Source: Octopus vulgaris
Taxonomy: Eukaryota
Reading direction: 5' to 3'
Assembly (NCBI GenBank): GCA_951406725.2
Contig: OX597833.1
Span: forward strand, 22,072,001 to 22,136,000
Length of the DNA: 64,000 nt
The notes under the pieces were generated by a model. It made no database searches, had not been told where the DNA came from, and worked only from the letters and a program-made list of their open reading frames with translations. Shown piece after piece: positions 62,985-64,000 of the stretch. How positions within the stretch are numbered: the stretch's first letter is position 1; each line of letters opens with the position of its first letter. The translations under genes and the position numbers were made by a program.

Positions 62985-63432
62985 CATAACCAGCCCCAGC
63001 CCATTCAAAAGTACCTTGGATCGTAGGGCGACCTGCTGTGCTTGAGGAGACCTATTGAGTCAAGTACATCAACATCAAAATAAAATTCAAATGGAAATTG
63101 TAGTTGTGATACCCATGCCAGTGGCACGTAAAAAGCACCATCCAAACGTGGCCGATGCCAGCGTTGCCTAAACTGGCTTCCATGCCAGTGACACGTAAGA
63201 AGCACCAACCAATCGTGGCCGTTGCCAGCCACCTCTGGCCCCTGTGCTGGTGGCACGTAAAAAGCCCCCACTACACTCACGTAGTGGTTGGCATTAGGAA
63301 GGGCATCCAACTGTAGAAACACTGCCAGATCAGACTGGAGCAGCCTCTTGGCTTCCCAGACCCCGGTCAAACCATCTAATACATGCTGGCATGGAAAATG
63401 GACATTAAACGATGATGATGATGATGATGATG
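62985..63432 (+). mobile_element. Family D retroposon with internal subrepeats and (GAT)n tail
   Basis: Three GCYRGTGRCACGTAARAAGC subrepeats; GGTTGGCATTAGGAAGGGCATCC. Confidence 0.85.
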
Positions 63433-63539
63433 TTAAAATTTAGGTAAATAAGTTATTTTTTATCAAACATAACTAGTTCAGGAACTTTTTGATACCATCT
63501 CTTGTGTGTGTGTGTGTATATGTATGTATGTATGTATAC

Positions 63540-63700
63540 GATGTGCTTTCAGTTTCTGTCTATCAAATCCATTTGCAAGGCTTTGATGTCATCCAAAGGT
63601 TATAGTAAAAGACACTTGCCCAAAGTGTGCCACGCAGTGGGACTGAACCCAAGACCACATGGCTGGGACGCAAACTTCTTAACCACACAGCCAGGCCTGT
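63540..63700 (-). mobile_element. SINE family A 5' part
   Basis: GCAGTGGGACTGAACCC..CTTAACCACACAGCC. Confidence 0.8.
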
Positions 63701-63926
63701 GATAGTGGGTTTATAAGCAGTGTGAGAAGATAATGAAGGTACTTATTCACTGATGAAGTCTTACTGTAGAATTGAAACTACTCCTCCCCCCTCTCTCTTT
63801 TTCTGTTCACAAAGATAAACACAGACAGGTATTTACATCTGTCTTCACATAACAGCAGCCACCACAGCTGTAATCATCATCATTATTACCATTGGCAGCA
63901 GCAGCAGCAGCAGCAGCAACACTATT

Positions 63927-63961
<35 letters not shown>

Positions 63962-64000
63962 TGTTGGTGGCAGCAACATCATTACCACTGCTGCCACCAC

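Noticed and set aside
63748-63785. CTGATGA...GAAAC motif
   Set aside because: Stem II is imperfect and there is no UH site or stem I partner; at most a remnant.

Overview
AT-rich, repeat-saturated eukaryotic DNA. The SINE families and dense (TA)n/(CA)n/(GAT)n microsatellites resemble an octopus (coleoid cephalopod) genome; this is inferred from repeat recognition, not verified. Nearly every ORF in the track is a microsatellite or SINE artefact, and no complete protein-coding gene is present. Supportable content: dozens of tRNA-derived SINEs from at least 4 families; relics of two Penelope-like elements (RT and GIY-YIG), HERO and R4/Dong-type RLE LINEs, several RTE 3' ends, two Tc1/mariner transposases, a probable Sola2 relic and piggyBac-type TTAA MITEs; a 5'-truncated 5S rRNA pseudogene abutting a SINE; a 1.5 kb 38/51/56-bp minisatellite; several long fold-back hairpins; and one clean 27-nt minus-strand microexon. 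The most striking signal is about 13 hammerhead-ribozyme (HHR) motifs in unrelated sequence contexts. These include (i) a tRNA-headed, HHR-carrying SINE inserted as a head-to-head dimer within one 13-bp target-site duplication, with Penelope pLTR-like architecture, and (ii) a candidate HHR in a HERO 3' UTR whose three strands occur in reversed (pseudoknotted) order. All folding and translation were done by eye. SINE and relic boundaries are approximate, and the SINE list is representative rather than exhaustive.
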